Shown: piece by piece, positions 18,196 through 27,508 of the stretch
Numbering within the stretch: the stretch's first letter is position 1
Layout: the number at the start of each line of letters is the position of its first letter
The notes under the pieces: model-generated
Seen by the model: the letters and a program-made list of their open reading frames with translations, nothing else
The model's database searches: none
Told to the model about the DNA's origin: nothing
Position numbers and translations under genes: made by a program
Assembly (NCBI GenBank): GCA_937926205.1
Contig: CALEYL010000031.1
Coordinates: 34,121-98,120, forward strand
Direction: 5' to 3'
Source of the DNA: an uncultured Saprospiraceae bacterium
Lineage (GTDB): Bacteria > Bacteroidota > Bacteroidia > Chitinophagales > Saprospiraceae
Length of the DNA: 64,000 bases

Positions 18196-20100
18196 CTACA
18201 TCTCTCCAAGTAATTCTTCTAAATTCACATAAGCCCTGGCGATAATTGCGGCGCCATCCCGATCCCAGGTTTGCGGATTTCGCCTGATAAGCATCGAGCA
18301 TTCCTTAAATGCTAATGCGATGTCTTCCGTTTGACTTTTGAACTGAGAAGTGCTATTATCAATCAACCTGGGTAACTTTTCATAGTAATCATTTTTTTCC
18401 CGGAGAAATCCTTTAAATTCTTCTGCTAATGCAACGCTTTGACCATTTTGGATTTTCTGGTAGTGGAGGTTCAGAAAATCCAAATCACTCCTTACGACCT
18501 CTTTTTGGAACAACACGAATTCCCGAAATTCTTCTTCAAGAAAAGCAATTTGCGTTTCAACAAAATCACGATCACTCGGATTTGGACAGAGGGTCAGGTA
18601 TTTTCGGTAGTTCTTGATTGCCTCTTTATAAAAATCATTGGCTTCCTGCATAAGGGCAAGATTGTAAGCGCCATGGCAATCGTCGGAATGCTGCTTCGCG
18701 AAAGCCGTGTAGACACTCAAGGCTTCATCGAAGTATTCTTCCTTTATTTGGGTAACCCCCTTCATAAAATTGCTGACAGAGGGAGTGGGGAGACCCGATA
18801 GCGCTGGACTCTCTTTTGGCTGGTAAACCCGGTTGAATTTACGAAATGCCCGAACGAGTTGCGTTTGGTTTTGCACATTCAGATACTTCCCCCCTGATAT
18901 TTGGGAGAGATACTGTAAATCACGTTCAGCAGGTGAACCCGGAGGAATATTGAATCCAACGGTATAATAACTTACTCCAACATTGGCGCTGTTTGAAAGC
19001 CCGCATTTGCCCGCATCAACAAAAATAAAGCGGTTTCGTTGCAATGGTGCAGAATTATAGGTTCCGGGGGGTCGGATATTCCCGCAAGTACCCTGCCCAT
19101 CACTGAGAATAATCAGCTTTCCTCTTTTTTGGCCCTCCTTTTGCAAATGCGCCGCCATTTTGCATTCCGCTGCACGAATGGCATTGTCTAAAGGAGTACC
19201 CCCACCGGCGAACATACTGTTGATTTGACTTTGTACGGTAATTAAATCATCGGTAAATGCTGAAATTTCGATGGTCGGATCGGGAACGCAGTCTCCACTG
19301 AAGCCATAGACGGCAACTTGATTCTTTACTCCCTGACTTCCTGATTGCAGGCCATCGATGGTAATTTTACTGGCAGCTTTTGCCTGTTCAATTTTAGGAA
19401 TTGTACCCCCGCCGTTTTCGTTCATACTGCCGGAAAGATCGAAGAGAAAAAGGGTGGAGGTGGTTGTACATTTATTGTAATTCTTATTTAACTGTTTTAA
19501 GCTCTTAATATAATCTATTGGAAGCCTCAAAGTATAAGAAGGTTTTTTTAAATTACAGACTTGGGAAGCTACCTCATCTACAAAATCAATACAATTTTCA
19601 GCCAATAGATTATATTTTTTGGCATCCCATTTATCTTTTATACTTAAAGCCTTATAAAAATCTTTTTTTGACACTTCTACAGATAACCCTATGTCTTTTT
19701 GTCTAGCTAAATCGTTTCTAATACTTCCTTCAACGTACCCAAACAATCCTATACCATCTTTAGGATAAAAACCCCAACAAGCTACAATTACCGTCTGTTG
19801 TAATAAGTTGTCCTCTTTGAGATAAGTAACAAATGAATGACCAGTAAGAGTACTATTATCTGCATAAAAAATAACCCAATACTTTTCTTCATTTATTTGG
19901 GTATGTATATTTACATTGCTAAATCCCATAAGAGTATTTTGCAATTTCAATAACAAAATAAATATCAATACAACTGTTTTTTTATTAAAAAATATATTAA
20001 CAATCATACTATTAAAAAATTCACAAAACAACTGATATGAAAATTGCAACTTTATCATATAACTTTCTATTTTCTGCATGATTTTATTTTCAGAATTCAT
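18196..20100 (-). CDS. fusion protein: permuted papain-like (PPPDE/LRAT-like) domain, then vWA domain, then TPR-like helical C-terminus
   Basis: His88 (TGHSFVTY) and Cys170 in KYNLLAENCIDFVDEVA resemble the PPPDE/LRAT Y-x-LL-x-NC-x-x-F motif. vWA MIDAS residues LFLFDLSGSM, GGGTPLDNA and ILSDGQG. C-terminal TPR-like helices. Hydrophobic segment TVVLIFILLLKL near the N-terminus. The true start may be an internal Met. Confidence 0.75.
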   Translation of the reverse strand: MNSENKIMQKIESYMIKLQFSYQLFCEFFNSMIVNIFFNKKTVVLIFILLLKLQNTLMGFSNVNIHTQINEEKYWVIFYADNSTLTGHSFVTYLKEDNLLQQTVIVACWGFYPKDGIGLFGYVEGSIRNDLARQKDIGLSVEVSKKDFYKALSIKDKWDAKKYNLLAENCIDFVDEVASQVCNLKKPSYTLRLPIDYIKSLKQLNKNYNKCTTTSTLFLFDLSGSMNENGGGTIPKIEQAKAASKITIDGLQSGSQGVKNQVAVYGFSGDCVPDPTIEISAFTDDLITVQSQINSMFAGGGTPLDNAIRAAECKMAAHLQKEGQKRGKLIILSDGQGTCGNIRPPGTYNSAPLQRNRFIFVDAGKCGLSNSANVGVSYYTVGFNIPPGSPAERDLQYLSQISGGKYLNVQNQTQLVRAFRKFNRVYQPKESPALSGLPTPSVSNFMKGVTQIKEEYFDEALSVYTAFAKQHSDDCHGAYNLALMQEANDFYKEAIKNYRKYLTLCPNPSDRDFVETQIAFLEEEFREFVLFQKEVVRSDLDFLNLHYQKIQNGQSVALAEEFKGFLREKNDYYEKLPRLIDNSTSQFKSQTEDIALAFKECSMLIRRNPQTWDRDGAAIIARAYVNLEELLGEM

Positions 20101-20464
20101 TAAAATTGTTTGTAATGGTAAATTTAATTTTTCTAACTCGAATTTTAAAAAAAGAAAAAAGTTTTAAAAACGTTTTCATTACTTTATCTACTTTTTAGCA
20201 TTGCGCGAAAAATTTTCTCACAAATATATTAAACATGGAATCAAGTGGATTGAAAAATGTATTAAATTCTCAAACCCACTTGGTTACATGCAACTTATAC
20301 TTACTTATTTCAAGCAACTATAACATGTGCTAAAAACACCTTTTGCTTGAAGCTTGACTGTACTTTTCCGACCTAAAATTACATCAAAAAGCCTCTTTTT
20401 GTTTTTTATTTCATTAAATGATTGAACTCATTGTGATTTATTGATTTTTTACACCACCCATGTA

Positions 20465-22039
20465 TTATTTCCCTATTATATTTGAATATTTATCCCCATT
20501 AACCTTCATCTTCTCCCAATCTGTATCCACATAAACCGAGCCTACCAGTTTATTGACTGCCTGGGCGCGCTTTTTTGCTTTAGGGTGAGAGGTATAAATG
20601 GTATCCAAAATTTGTTTAGCCAAAACGTCACTTCCAGCTACACTTAGTTTGGTCATCACACTCGCATTACTGGTGCTCAAACGATTAGACTTTAGGGAAT
20701 TCATTAAGTCTGAGGTGATTTTTGACTGGAAATTTTGATCAGAAGTCAGTTCCTGCATTTTATTCCAAAACGAAGCTGCTTCCCGAATATCGTAACCCGC
20801 TTGATAAGCATAGTAAAGGCCGACACGATCCGCTTGCGCCTCCATTTTTGTTTGAGGCTTCATCAAATTAGAAACAGCAGCTGGTGTGATGGACTTTGAC
20901 AATTGGTTGACAGATCTGACCATATCCAAGGGAAGTGATGGCGCCAGCTGAATAATTTGCTTGTTTAGCGTCTTATCAAAAAAAACATCAGCTATCGTTC
21001 CAATATCTGCCATCAATCCGGTGTTTTCATACCGTTCTCGGCCATGCTCATGAGTAACATGGGCAATTTCATGTCCAAGAACTGCCGCAAGCTGCGCTTC
21101 GTTTTCTATAATGTTCAATAATCCGGTGTGGATAAAAATCATGCCATTTGGAAAAGCGAATGCATTGGGAACAGGGTCATCAATTACATAAAATCTATAA
21201 TAAACAGCCCCTTGATTGGCTTGTTCTTTTTTTGCCCGAGCAGGCAACAGCTTGTAGCCAATCTGGTTGATATACCCCTGAATTTTAATATCATTGGTTA
21301 ATTTGTAACTGTATTGACCAACTTTGATTTCACCATTATACAAGCTCATATTTATGGCTTTCAGGTCGGCTGGAATATTTTGCAACCCTGTCGTTGCATC
21401 CGTCAAATTTCCATTAACCGCAGCCAGCAGTTCTTGCTCTGGTTTTCCAAAACCGTTTCGACAGAGTTCTGCAAAGTTGGCATTTATGACCCCCTGCTCG
21501 TCCATTTTTCCTTGAATTTCCACATAGAACTGCCCTGGGGATACTAAGGGGCTCTCAAAATTTGGCACAACGAGTCCGCTACATTCACATTTATTTTTCT
21601 TACTCCCTTGAAGCCTTACCCCCGGAAGTAACAAAACAGGATAGCCATCTATGATGGCCTTGTCATCCCGAAACCCTTCAAACAAGCCGTATATTTTGAT
21701 GCGTCCGTCTGCAGAAATATCTGTTTCTATGGAAAGCGCAAAATATTCTTCACCGATAAGCTCGTAAGATAACTTGTTGATCAATGTTCCTTCCTGAATT
21801 TCTTCAGGAGTAATTTTTTTGTTTTTTTCTCCTTTAAATGTGGTTTTGTCATTGATAATTAATGGTAATTCTGTACCAAAGTAACTGATGTTGATCTCGG
21901 AAAAAGGTGGATTAAAGGATGTGACTTCTACCTCTTCAAACGCCCCTTTCTGGGCTAAAAGGGTGGAGGATGTTGTAAAGCTAATTAAGGTTATTGCCAA
22001 TAGAGTTATATTAGCAACAAAGCTATTAGAAGAGGCCAT
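20465..22039 (-). CDS. secreted M48-family zinc metallopeptidase with N-terminal beta-rich domain
   Basis: Signal peptide. HExxH in LGHEIAHVTHEHG. Downstream EAQADRVGLYYAYQAGYD is typical of M48. Confidence 0.85.
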   Translation of the reverse strand: MASSNSFVANITLLAITLISFTTSSTLLAQKGAFEEVEVTSFNPPFSEINISYFGTELPLIINDKTTFKGEKNKKITPEEIQEGTLINKLSYELIGEEYFALSIETDISADGRIKIYGLFEGFRDDKAIIDGYPVLLLPGVRLQGSKKNKCECSGLVVPNFESPLVSPGQFYVEIQGKMDEQGVINANFAELCRNGFGKPEQELLAAVNGNLTDATTGLQNIPADLKAINMSLYNGEIKVGQYSYKLTNDIKIQGYINQIGYKLLPARAKKEQANQGAVYYRFYVIDDPVPNAFAFPNGMIFIHTGLLNIIENEAQLAAVLGHEIAHVTHEHGRERYENTGLMADIGTIADVFFDKTLNKQIIQLAPSLPLDMVRSVNQLSKSITPAAVSNLMKPQTKMEAQADRVGLYYAYQAGYDIREAASFWNKMQELTSDQNFQSKITSDLMNSLKSNRLSTSNASVMTKLSVAGSDVLAKQILDTIYTSHPKAKKRAQAVNKLVGSVYVDTDWEKMKVNGDKYSNIIGK

Positions 22040-22301
22040 AACTAAAAGGTTTTGAGTTTTTAGATATAATATTTAAAGTTCTTTTTTCTCTTTTAATGAC
22101 TTCTTAAGTGTCAATTATTTTAGTTTTCCGATTGCATTTTGTCTTAACTTTAAGCAGGCGATGCTATTCGTTATCATAGGTATACAATGAAAAATCGAAG
22201 AAATTCTATTTCACACTGATGTATTGCAAGTATATAAAATCTTTTTTTGATGGGTGCAAGATAGTACTATTTTTCATAATAGGAAAATCGTTAAGAAAAA
22301 A

Positions 22302-23375
22302 TTATTCCCCCGCCACCTCAAAAAGTTTAACCGCAATATCCGACACCCGCTGCATGACGCCAGAGGTATTGGAAAGCACCACAATGCTTGTTTTTTGATC
22401 CGGCAACAAAAAGAGGAAAGTCGAAGCGCCGGTTTGGGTTCCATTGTGCCCAAAAACGTTGCCGAATTTCGGGTTTTTACCATACAGATACCACCCGAGG
22501 CCGTACGCATTCCCTTCCTCTTTGAGATGGGGATCTTCCAGCATCATGTCCAGCGTATTTTGACTGACCAGGGTGTTATTTAAAACAGCATCTCCAAACT
22601 TCAGCATGTCCGTAACGCAGGAGTAAATGCCTCCGCCGGGAATCCGATCGCTCAGGTTGGTTCGTTTGGCTGCTTTGATTTTCCCTTTTGAACTTCTGTG
22701 GTAAATTTTTGATTGGTTTGGGACTGGATGGTTAAAATATTCAATCCCGGTTTGCGTCATGCCGGCTTTGTCCCAAATGTTCGCTTTCAGATAGGTTTCA
22801 TAGCTCATGCCCGATACTTTTTCAATAATTAATCCCAGAACAACGTAACCATAAGTGGTATAGTGAAACGCTTTACCCGGTTCTGAAACCAGATTCCTGT
22901 CCTGAAAAAGGGCAACAACGTCGCGAAGGCCCGCATAATTTTTGGTATTTTCCTGCTCTTTACTGGATCGGTATCCATCCAGTCCCGATGTGTGCTGCAA
23001 CAGTTGTCTGGTACTTATTTTTCCTTCTTTTTTGACGGGAAAATCCGGTAAATAGGTTTGAATAGGGGCATCTAAATCCAGTTTGCCCTGCTCAAAGAGT
23101 TGCATGATGGCGATTGCAGTCATCGGTTTGGCTACAGAAGCAAGTCGGGTCAGGGAAGAAGCCTCAAAAGCTTCTTTGCTCTTTTCATCGCTTAGCCCTG
23201 CCCCACCCTGCCATTTGTGCATGCCATTCACCGAAAATCCCGCTGCAATCCCCATACATTCCCCATTTGAAACAGCGTCTTTCAACAGGCGGTCGGCAAC
23301 CGGGTAAACTGAATCTTGTGCTGCGAGCGGACTAAGTCCGCAAAAAAACGCCATGGCCAATAACATACATCTCAT
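22302..23375 (-). CDS. serine hydrolase, beta-lactamase/PBP4*-like (class C fold)
   Basis: Signal peptide MRCMLLAMAFFCGLSPLAAQ. S-x-x-K as LASVAKPMT. The length and HTSG motif region match the beta-lactamase family. Confidence 0.8.
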   Translation of the reverse strand: MRCMLLAMAFFCGLSPLAAQDSVYPVADRLLKDAVSNGECMGIAAGFSVNGMHKWQGGAGLSDEKSKEAFEASSLTRLASVAKPMTAIAIMQLFEQGKLDLDAPIQTYLPDFPVKKEGKISTRQLLQHTSGLDGYRSSKEQENTKNYAGLRDVVALFQDRNLVSEPGKAFHYTTYGYVVLGLIIEKVSGMSYETYLKANIWDKAGMTQTGIEYFNHPVPNQSKIYHRSSKGKIKAAKRTNLSDRIPGGGIYSCVTDMLKFGDAVLNNTLVSQNTLDMMLEDPHLKEEGNAYGLGWYLYGKNPKFGNVFGHNGTQTGASTFLFLLPDQKTSIVVLSNTSGVMQRVSDIAVKLFEVAGE

Positions 23376-23483
23376 TCCAGATTATTTTGTTGAGTGCGCA
23401 AGATCGCCGGTCGTTTGGGATTTTCAGTCCCGGAAAGCCGGAGAAGTGTCTCGAATCATGATTTGATACAAGAATGGGGCTTT

Positions 23484-24311
23484 CTACCTGATAGAACGGA
23501 TGTATTCGCCCGGAGTCATTTGGAGGCGCTTTTTGAATGCCCGGTTAAAGGTTGCTCTGGAATTGAACCCGCAGTTTTCCGAAATGCCGGTAATCGTAAG
23601 GGTTTTGTGCTGCCCGTTTTTCAGGCATTGCAACACAGCTTCAATGCGGTAATGATTGATGAAATCGTTGAAGTTTTGCCCATAGCCCTGGTTAATGGCC
23701 TGGCTGAGTACGGAGTTGTTGACACCAAGCATACCCGCCATTTTCTGCAGGGTCATCGTACTATCCAGATAGACTTCAGCGTCCATCAATTGCTGGATTT
23801 TGGGTTTCAAGCCTTCCAGATCAGTGCGTTCCGACAAACTTTTTTTCACAGTTTCCCGGGGATGCTCTGACTTAAAAAACAACCACCTTAACAGGGCCAG
23901 TAACGGGAGAAATATCGCCAGACTGGGCAGGTAAATTACCACCACGAATTTCAAAAAATCATAATCCCCGTTGATGATTTCCGATTGATAATAAAGGTAG
24001 GAACCCAAAAGGTTTAGGGAAAAGACGAAGCCAAAAATCGCAGCTTCTTTTTCCACACGAAGCTTCAAAGAACCTGCGTAAAACCAATGCTGCAATGGAA
24101 TCGAAAGGAAATAGGAAATGGCAAAGATCAGTCCGTAGCCCCCCATCACTTGTACCCGCCATTTAAGCGTCAAAATTCCGGTATCAAACGGGCCCACAAA
24201 AACCAAAAACAAGGTGATCCACAAGGCGCCAACAAGGGCGATAAGGCTGTTCTTTTTAATTTCGTGAAGGCTGCTGCAGCGCATTGGTTTACAAGTGTTA
24301 TTTGATACCAT
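23484..24311 (-). CDS. membrane-anchored AraC-family transcriptional regulator
   Basis: About 4 N-terminal TM segments followed by the AraC HTH LQKMAGMLGVNNSVLSQAINQ ... ISENCGFNSRATFNRAFKKRLQMTPGEY. Confidence 0.8.
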   Translation of the reverse strand: MVSNNTCKPMRCSSLHEIKKNSLIALVGALWITLFLVFVGPFDTGILTLKWRVQVMGGYGLIFAISYFLSIPLQHWFYAGSLKLRVEKEAAIFGFVFSLNLLGSYLYYQSEIINGDYDFLKFVVVIYLPSLAIFLPLLALLRWLFFKSEHPRETVKKSLSERTDLEGLKPKIQQLMDAEVYLDSTMTLQKMAGMLGVNNSVLSQAINQGYGQNFNDFINHYRIEAVLQCLKNGQHKTLTITGISENCGFNSRATFNRAFKKRLQMTPGEYIRSIR

Positions 24312-24609
24312 CAGCGTTTAGGGAAACATTTTCCGGCAAACCAATATCCGGATTGAGTAAGATTGAGGGAGGAGACAAATCGGAGATAAAAAACTAATTT
24401 TAAGTAATTTATCATTTATTGGTTGTAAATTAATGACGCTGCTGAGTTAAACAATTCTGCTAATCTACCAAAAAAACAGGAGTCATGTGAATTCGGGGCT
24501 AAAGTAATAGGCATCAAATCGATTCAACCCTCAGAAATAATCCATGATTCTTATGTTCATCATCTCCTTTCTTCCTACCTTTCACGACTAAAGTTGATAC
24601 CTGTAAAAC

Positions 24610-25881
24610 ATGAAAATAGCACTCCTCGTGGCAGCCCTCCTTATCGTGATCGTGGCCGCCTACCTGTACTCGACAACCCAAAGCAAAAACACGTTTTTTA
24701 AAGATATCCAATATGGCCCTTTTACGGTACGGGTAACCGCCAAAACGGGTAAAACCTTCAACATGAACTACGGCATGGTCAAATCTACCACTGTCATTTA
24801 CAGCATTTTGCACGAAGGCAAACCCGTCGTTTTCCCGGGCGCCTTGCAGACCAATACGGGCCTGCCGTTTTTGTGGGGCGTCTACGCATTGTCTGATGCC
24901 CCTGATCCAACCCTCGTGGCGGGAAGCCAAAGTTTGTATCTAGTTTATTTGAAAAATGGCGCGCCGGTTGTTGAACCGATTATGGAACAGGGCTACGACT
25001 TTGCCTCGTTGCAGTTTTTAGACAGCGAAAATGGTCAACCCGGTAAATATGATGAAGTGTTCATGAAGGGGGATACAGCCGATCTGGGGACTTTAGACAG
25101 CCTGAAAGGCGGGCGTTACCTGCTGGTCAGCGAACACGCAGTACTCGACGTGCAGACCCGCAAAACCTGGCCCTTAAATAAGAACAACGAGGCTGTAGAC
25201 AACTACGCTTTTCCCTCGCCGCACGGCGCGCTGGCCTTTTCACCCGACCAGAAAAGCATCGTTTTTAATGCCCAGTTTCAAAGTTGGAACACGCAAAACG
25301 AAAATTTGCCCGACTCGGAACACGCACTGGTAGCCTATAATTTTGAAAAAGACAGTGGTTATCTGGTTAAATACGACGACACGGATACACGCATGATCAG
25401 CACTCAGTATATTGACCAGCAATGGTTCAATACTTATTTTGAATGGAAAAATTCCCCTGAGGGTGATCGCCTGCATCTGAAAGTCCTCAAAAATCGGCCT
25501 AACTGGACCGGCAAATACGATCCGCGCGACAATTATTACACGATTTACCCCGTGAAGCCGGGGATGTTGCCTGTTTTTCTGGATTTCGTGCTGGCGCAAA
25601 TGAGCTGGTCAAAAGACAATATCCTGAAAGATGAAACGGGGGAATACACGGGGCGCCGCATAAATCTTGGCGCCGGAGACGTGAAGCTGGACATTGGTTT
25701 TCAGGAAGATGAGCAACAACTAAGCTTTAGCAAATACCTCTACGCCGACAGAACGCCGGAATACGACGTGCTGGTGAAAAAAATCGCCGATGCCTTCGAT
25801 GCGGAACTCCGCAGTGGAAAACACCAGGAGCATTTTGGACGTATCATCAGCGAAACAAAGCGGATTATGGGGCTGGAATAA
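24610..25881 (+). CDS. hypothetical membrane-anchored/secreted protein, no recognised domain
   Basis: 423-aa ORF with N-terminal TM MKIALLVAALLIVIVAAYLY and good coding character. No motif recognised. Confidence 0.65.
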   Translation: MKIALLVAALLIVIVAAYLYSTTQSKNTFFKDIQYGPFTVRVTAKTGKTFNMNYGMVKSTTVIYSILHEGKPVVFPGALQTNTGLPFLWGVYALSDAPDPTLVAGSQSLYLVYLKNGAPVVEPIMEQGYDFASLQFLDSENGQPGKYDEVFMKGDTADLGTLDSLKGGRYLLVSEHAVLDVQTRKTWPLNKNNEAVDNYAFPSPHGALAFSPDQKSIVFNAQFQSWNTQNENLPDSEHALVAYNFEKDSGYLVKYDDTDTRMISTQYIDQQWFNTYFEWKNSPEGDRLHLKVLKNRPNWTGKYDPRDNYYTIYPVKPGMLPVFLDFVLAQMSWSKDNILKDETGEYTGRRINLGAGDVKLDIGFQEDEQQLSFSKYLYADRTPEYDVLVKKIADAFDAELRSGKHQEHFGRIISETKRIMGLE

Positions 25882-25913
25882 TTTTCAGCTTGCTCCGACA
25901 CCACGGAAAAGAG

Positions 25914-26897
25914 TCAAAGATTCTGTTTAAACCATTCAATTGCCAGACTGCTTGCTTCGGGCAGTTTTTCCATGTACGGCGAGAAATGTTGCCCATCCAT
26001 GTAAATGAGCTTTTTGGGTTCAGTCGCCTTATTGTAAACATCCAGAATCAGCTGCTCCGGTATCAATTCATCATTCCGGGCTATGATGAACAACTTTGGT
26101 ATGGCACTTATGTTTTGAACATAATAGCCCGGTTCATACTCCAATTGCATTTCAAGGCTCTTGAGCGTAACCTGGTTTTCATAGGTAGGAGCATAGTCCT
26201 TAAAGCTCTGAATAAAATCCCAGGCATTTCTGCCGGAAACGGCAGCAAATTGTTTGCTGTCATTTGTGGCTACCGGAATCCTGGCAGGCGTTTCACCTTT
26301 TACCCGGGACAACCGGTCTGCATTAAACTGCTGTACCAGAAAAGATTTCACCTCAGCGGGAAGGTTGTTTAAATAGAAAGATCCGCTGGTAAAAGGCGTC
26401 ATGGAAACCAGACATTTAACTCTGTGATCCATTGCACTCACGACAATAGCATGGCCTCCTGAATAGCTTCCTCCCCAAACGCCTATCCTGTTCCCATCTA
26501 TTTCGTCGCGGCTTTCCAAATAGCTTATGCCGTCTCTGTATGCCTGAACTTGTTGCCAGGGATCAACCTCTCCCCTTACCAGTCCGGCGCTTTCGCCAAA
26601 ATTTGGATAGTCAAAAAGAAGAACAGCAAAACCTTCTTTGGAAAAATTTGAAGCGAAAAACTGGTAATTACATTCCCTGGTTCCGGAAAATCCGGGCGCC
26701 ATGACAATCGCCGGAAGCTTTTTATGACTTGAATCAACCGGCAAAAACAGCCATCCTTTGATCAATAACCCGTTCGAAAGGAAACTAATATTCATTTTTG
26801 TGCTTTCAGTAAACCCTGCATTTTGTCCTAAACAAAAAGGTTCATTTCCCAGACTAAAGGAAAGAACAAGTGCCATATAGCTCATCAACGACTTCAT
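25914..26897 (-). CDS. alpha/beta-fold hydrolase (dienelactone-hydrolase/esterase-like), secreted
   Basis: Start moved to MKSLMSYMALVLSFSLG (signal peptide). Nucleophile elbow GGSYSGG. Also APGFSGTRE. Confidence 0.8.
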   Translation of the reverse strand: MKSLMSYMALVLSFSLGNEPFCLGQNAGFTESTKMNISFLSNGLLIKGWLFLPVDSSHKKLPAIVMAPGFSGTRECNYQFFASNFSKEGFAVLLFDYPNFGESAGLVRGEVDPWQQVQAYRDGISYLESRDEIDGNRIGVWGGSYSGGHAIVVSAMDHRVKCLVSMTPFTSGSFYLNNLPAEVKSFLVQQFNADRLSRVKGETPARIPVATNDSKQFAAVSGRNAWDFIQSFKDYAPTYENQVTLKSLEMQLEYEPGYYVQNISAIPKLFIIARNDELIPEQLILDVYNKATEPKKLIYMDGQHFSPYMEKLPEASSLAIEWFKQNL

Positions 26898-27152
26898 GTT
26901 ATATTTTTTTATGATCGTAATGAATGTCATGGATTTACTGCCGTACATCCACCGCCGCGACACATAAGAATGCAGCTTGCAAATTACTTGAGTTCTCTGA
27001 TAAAAGCAAGCACGGACTCCCCGCCTGCTGGCCGGCCCGCCTACCGGTCATGGGACAGTTAAAATACCGACCAGCAATGCAGGCATACACAATAAATATG
27101 CGCAACAGAGGCTCGGCGGTTGAGGTAGTTAAAGACAAACACTAGCCGGCAC

Positions 27153-27241
27153 GGCGAAATCCCTTTTTCACCCCACATTTCGCCCGGTCAAATTTTTCAT
27201 TTCGGCGAAATCTATTTGTTTTTGTATACATTTCGCCGAAA
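27153..27241. promoter_or_regulatory. cluster of TTTCGCC/GGCGAAA words including an 11-nt inverted pair (operator-like)
   Basis: ggcgaaa (about 27153), tttcgcc (about 27178), tttcggcgaaa (about 27200-27210) and its exact reverse complement tttcgccgaaa (about 27231-27241). Confidence 0.3.
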
Positions 27242-27508
27242 CGCACAAATATGCTAAACAATCAACTGACAGGTCAGAAAGAAGAACAAAGGATTTTGCG
27301 CAAGCCTAATCGCCCTGGGCTGGTGGAGAAGGCGATTGATTTGGAGGCGTTGTTTGAGGGGTGAGGGGGAAAACAGCGGGTGGTCAGTTCCCAGACTCGA
27401 CTTTATTTATCTTTTTATTATTTCAGCAATCCCTATTAAAACTACTTCCTTTATACCTTTGTGGGTTGGGTTTGCCGCAAATAGGCATAGATGTATTGAT
27501 GGGCGTTT

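Noticed and set aside
18196-22300. Mobile-element boundaries (integrase, tRNA target, direct repeats) for the AT-rich island. I looked for the same around the low-GC gene at 27.5-28.3 kb.
   Set aside because: No integrase or transposase ORF, tRNA gene or flanking direct repeat is visible, so I report only the compositional anomaly and not a mobile element.
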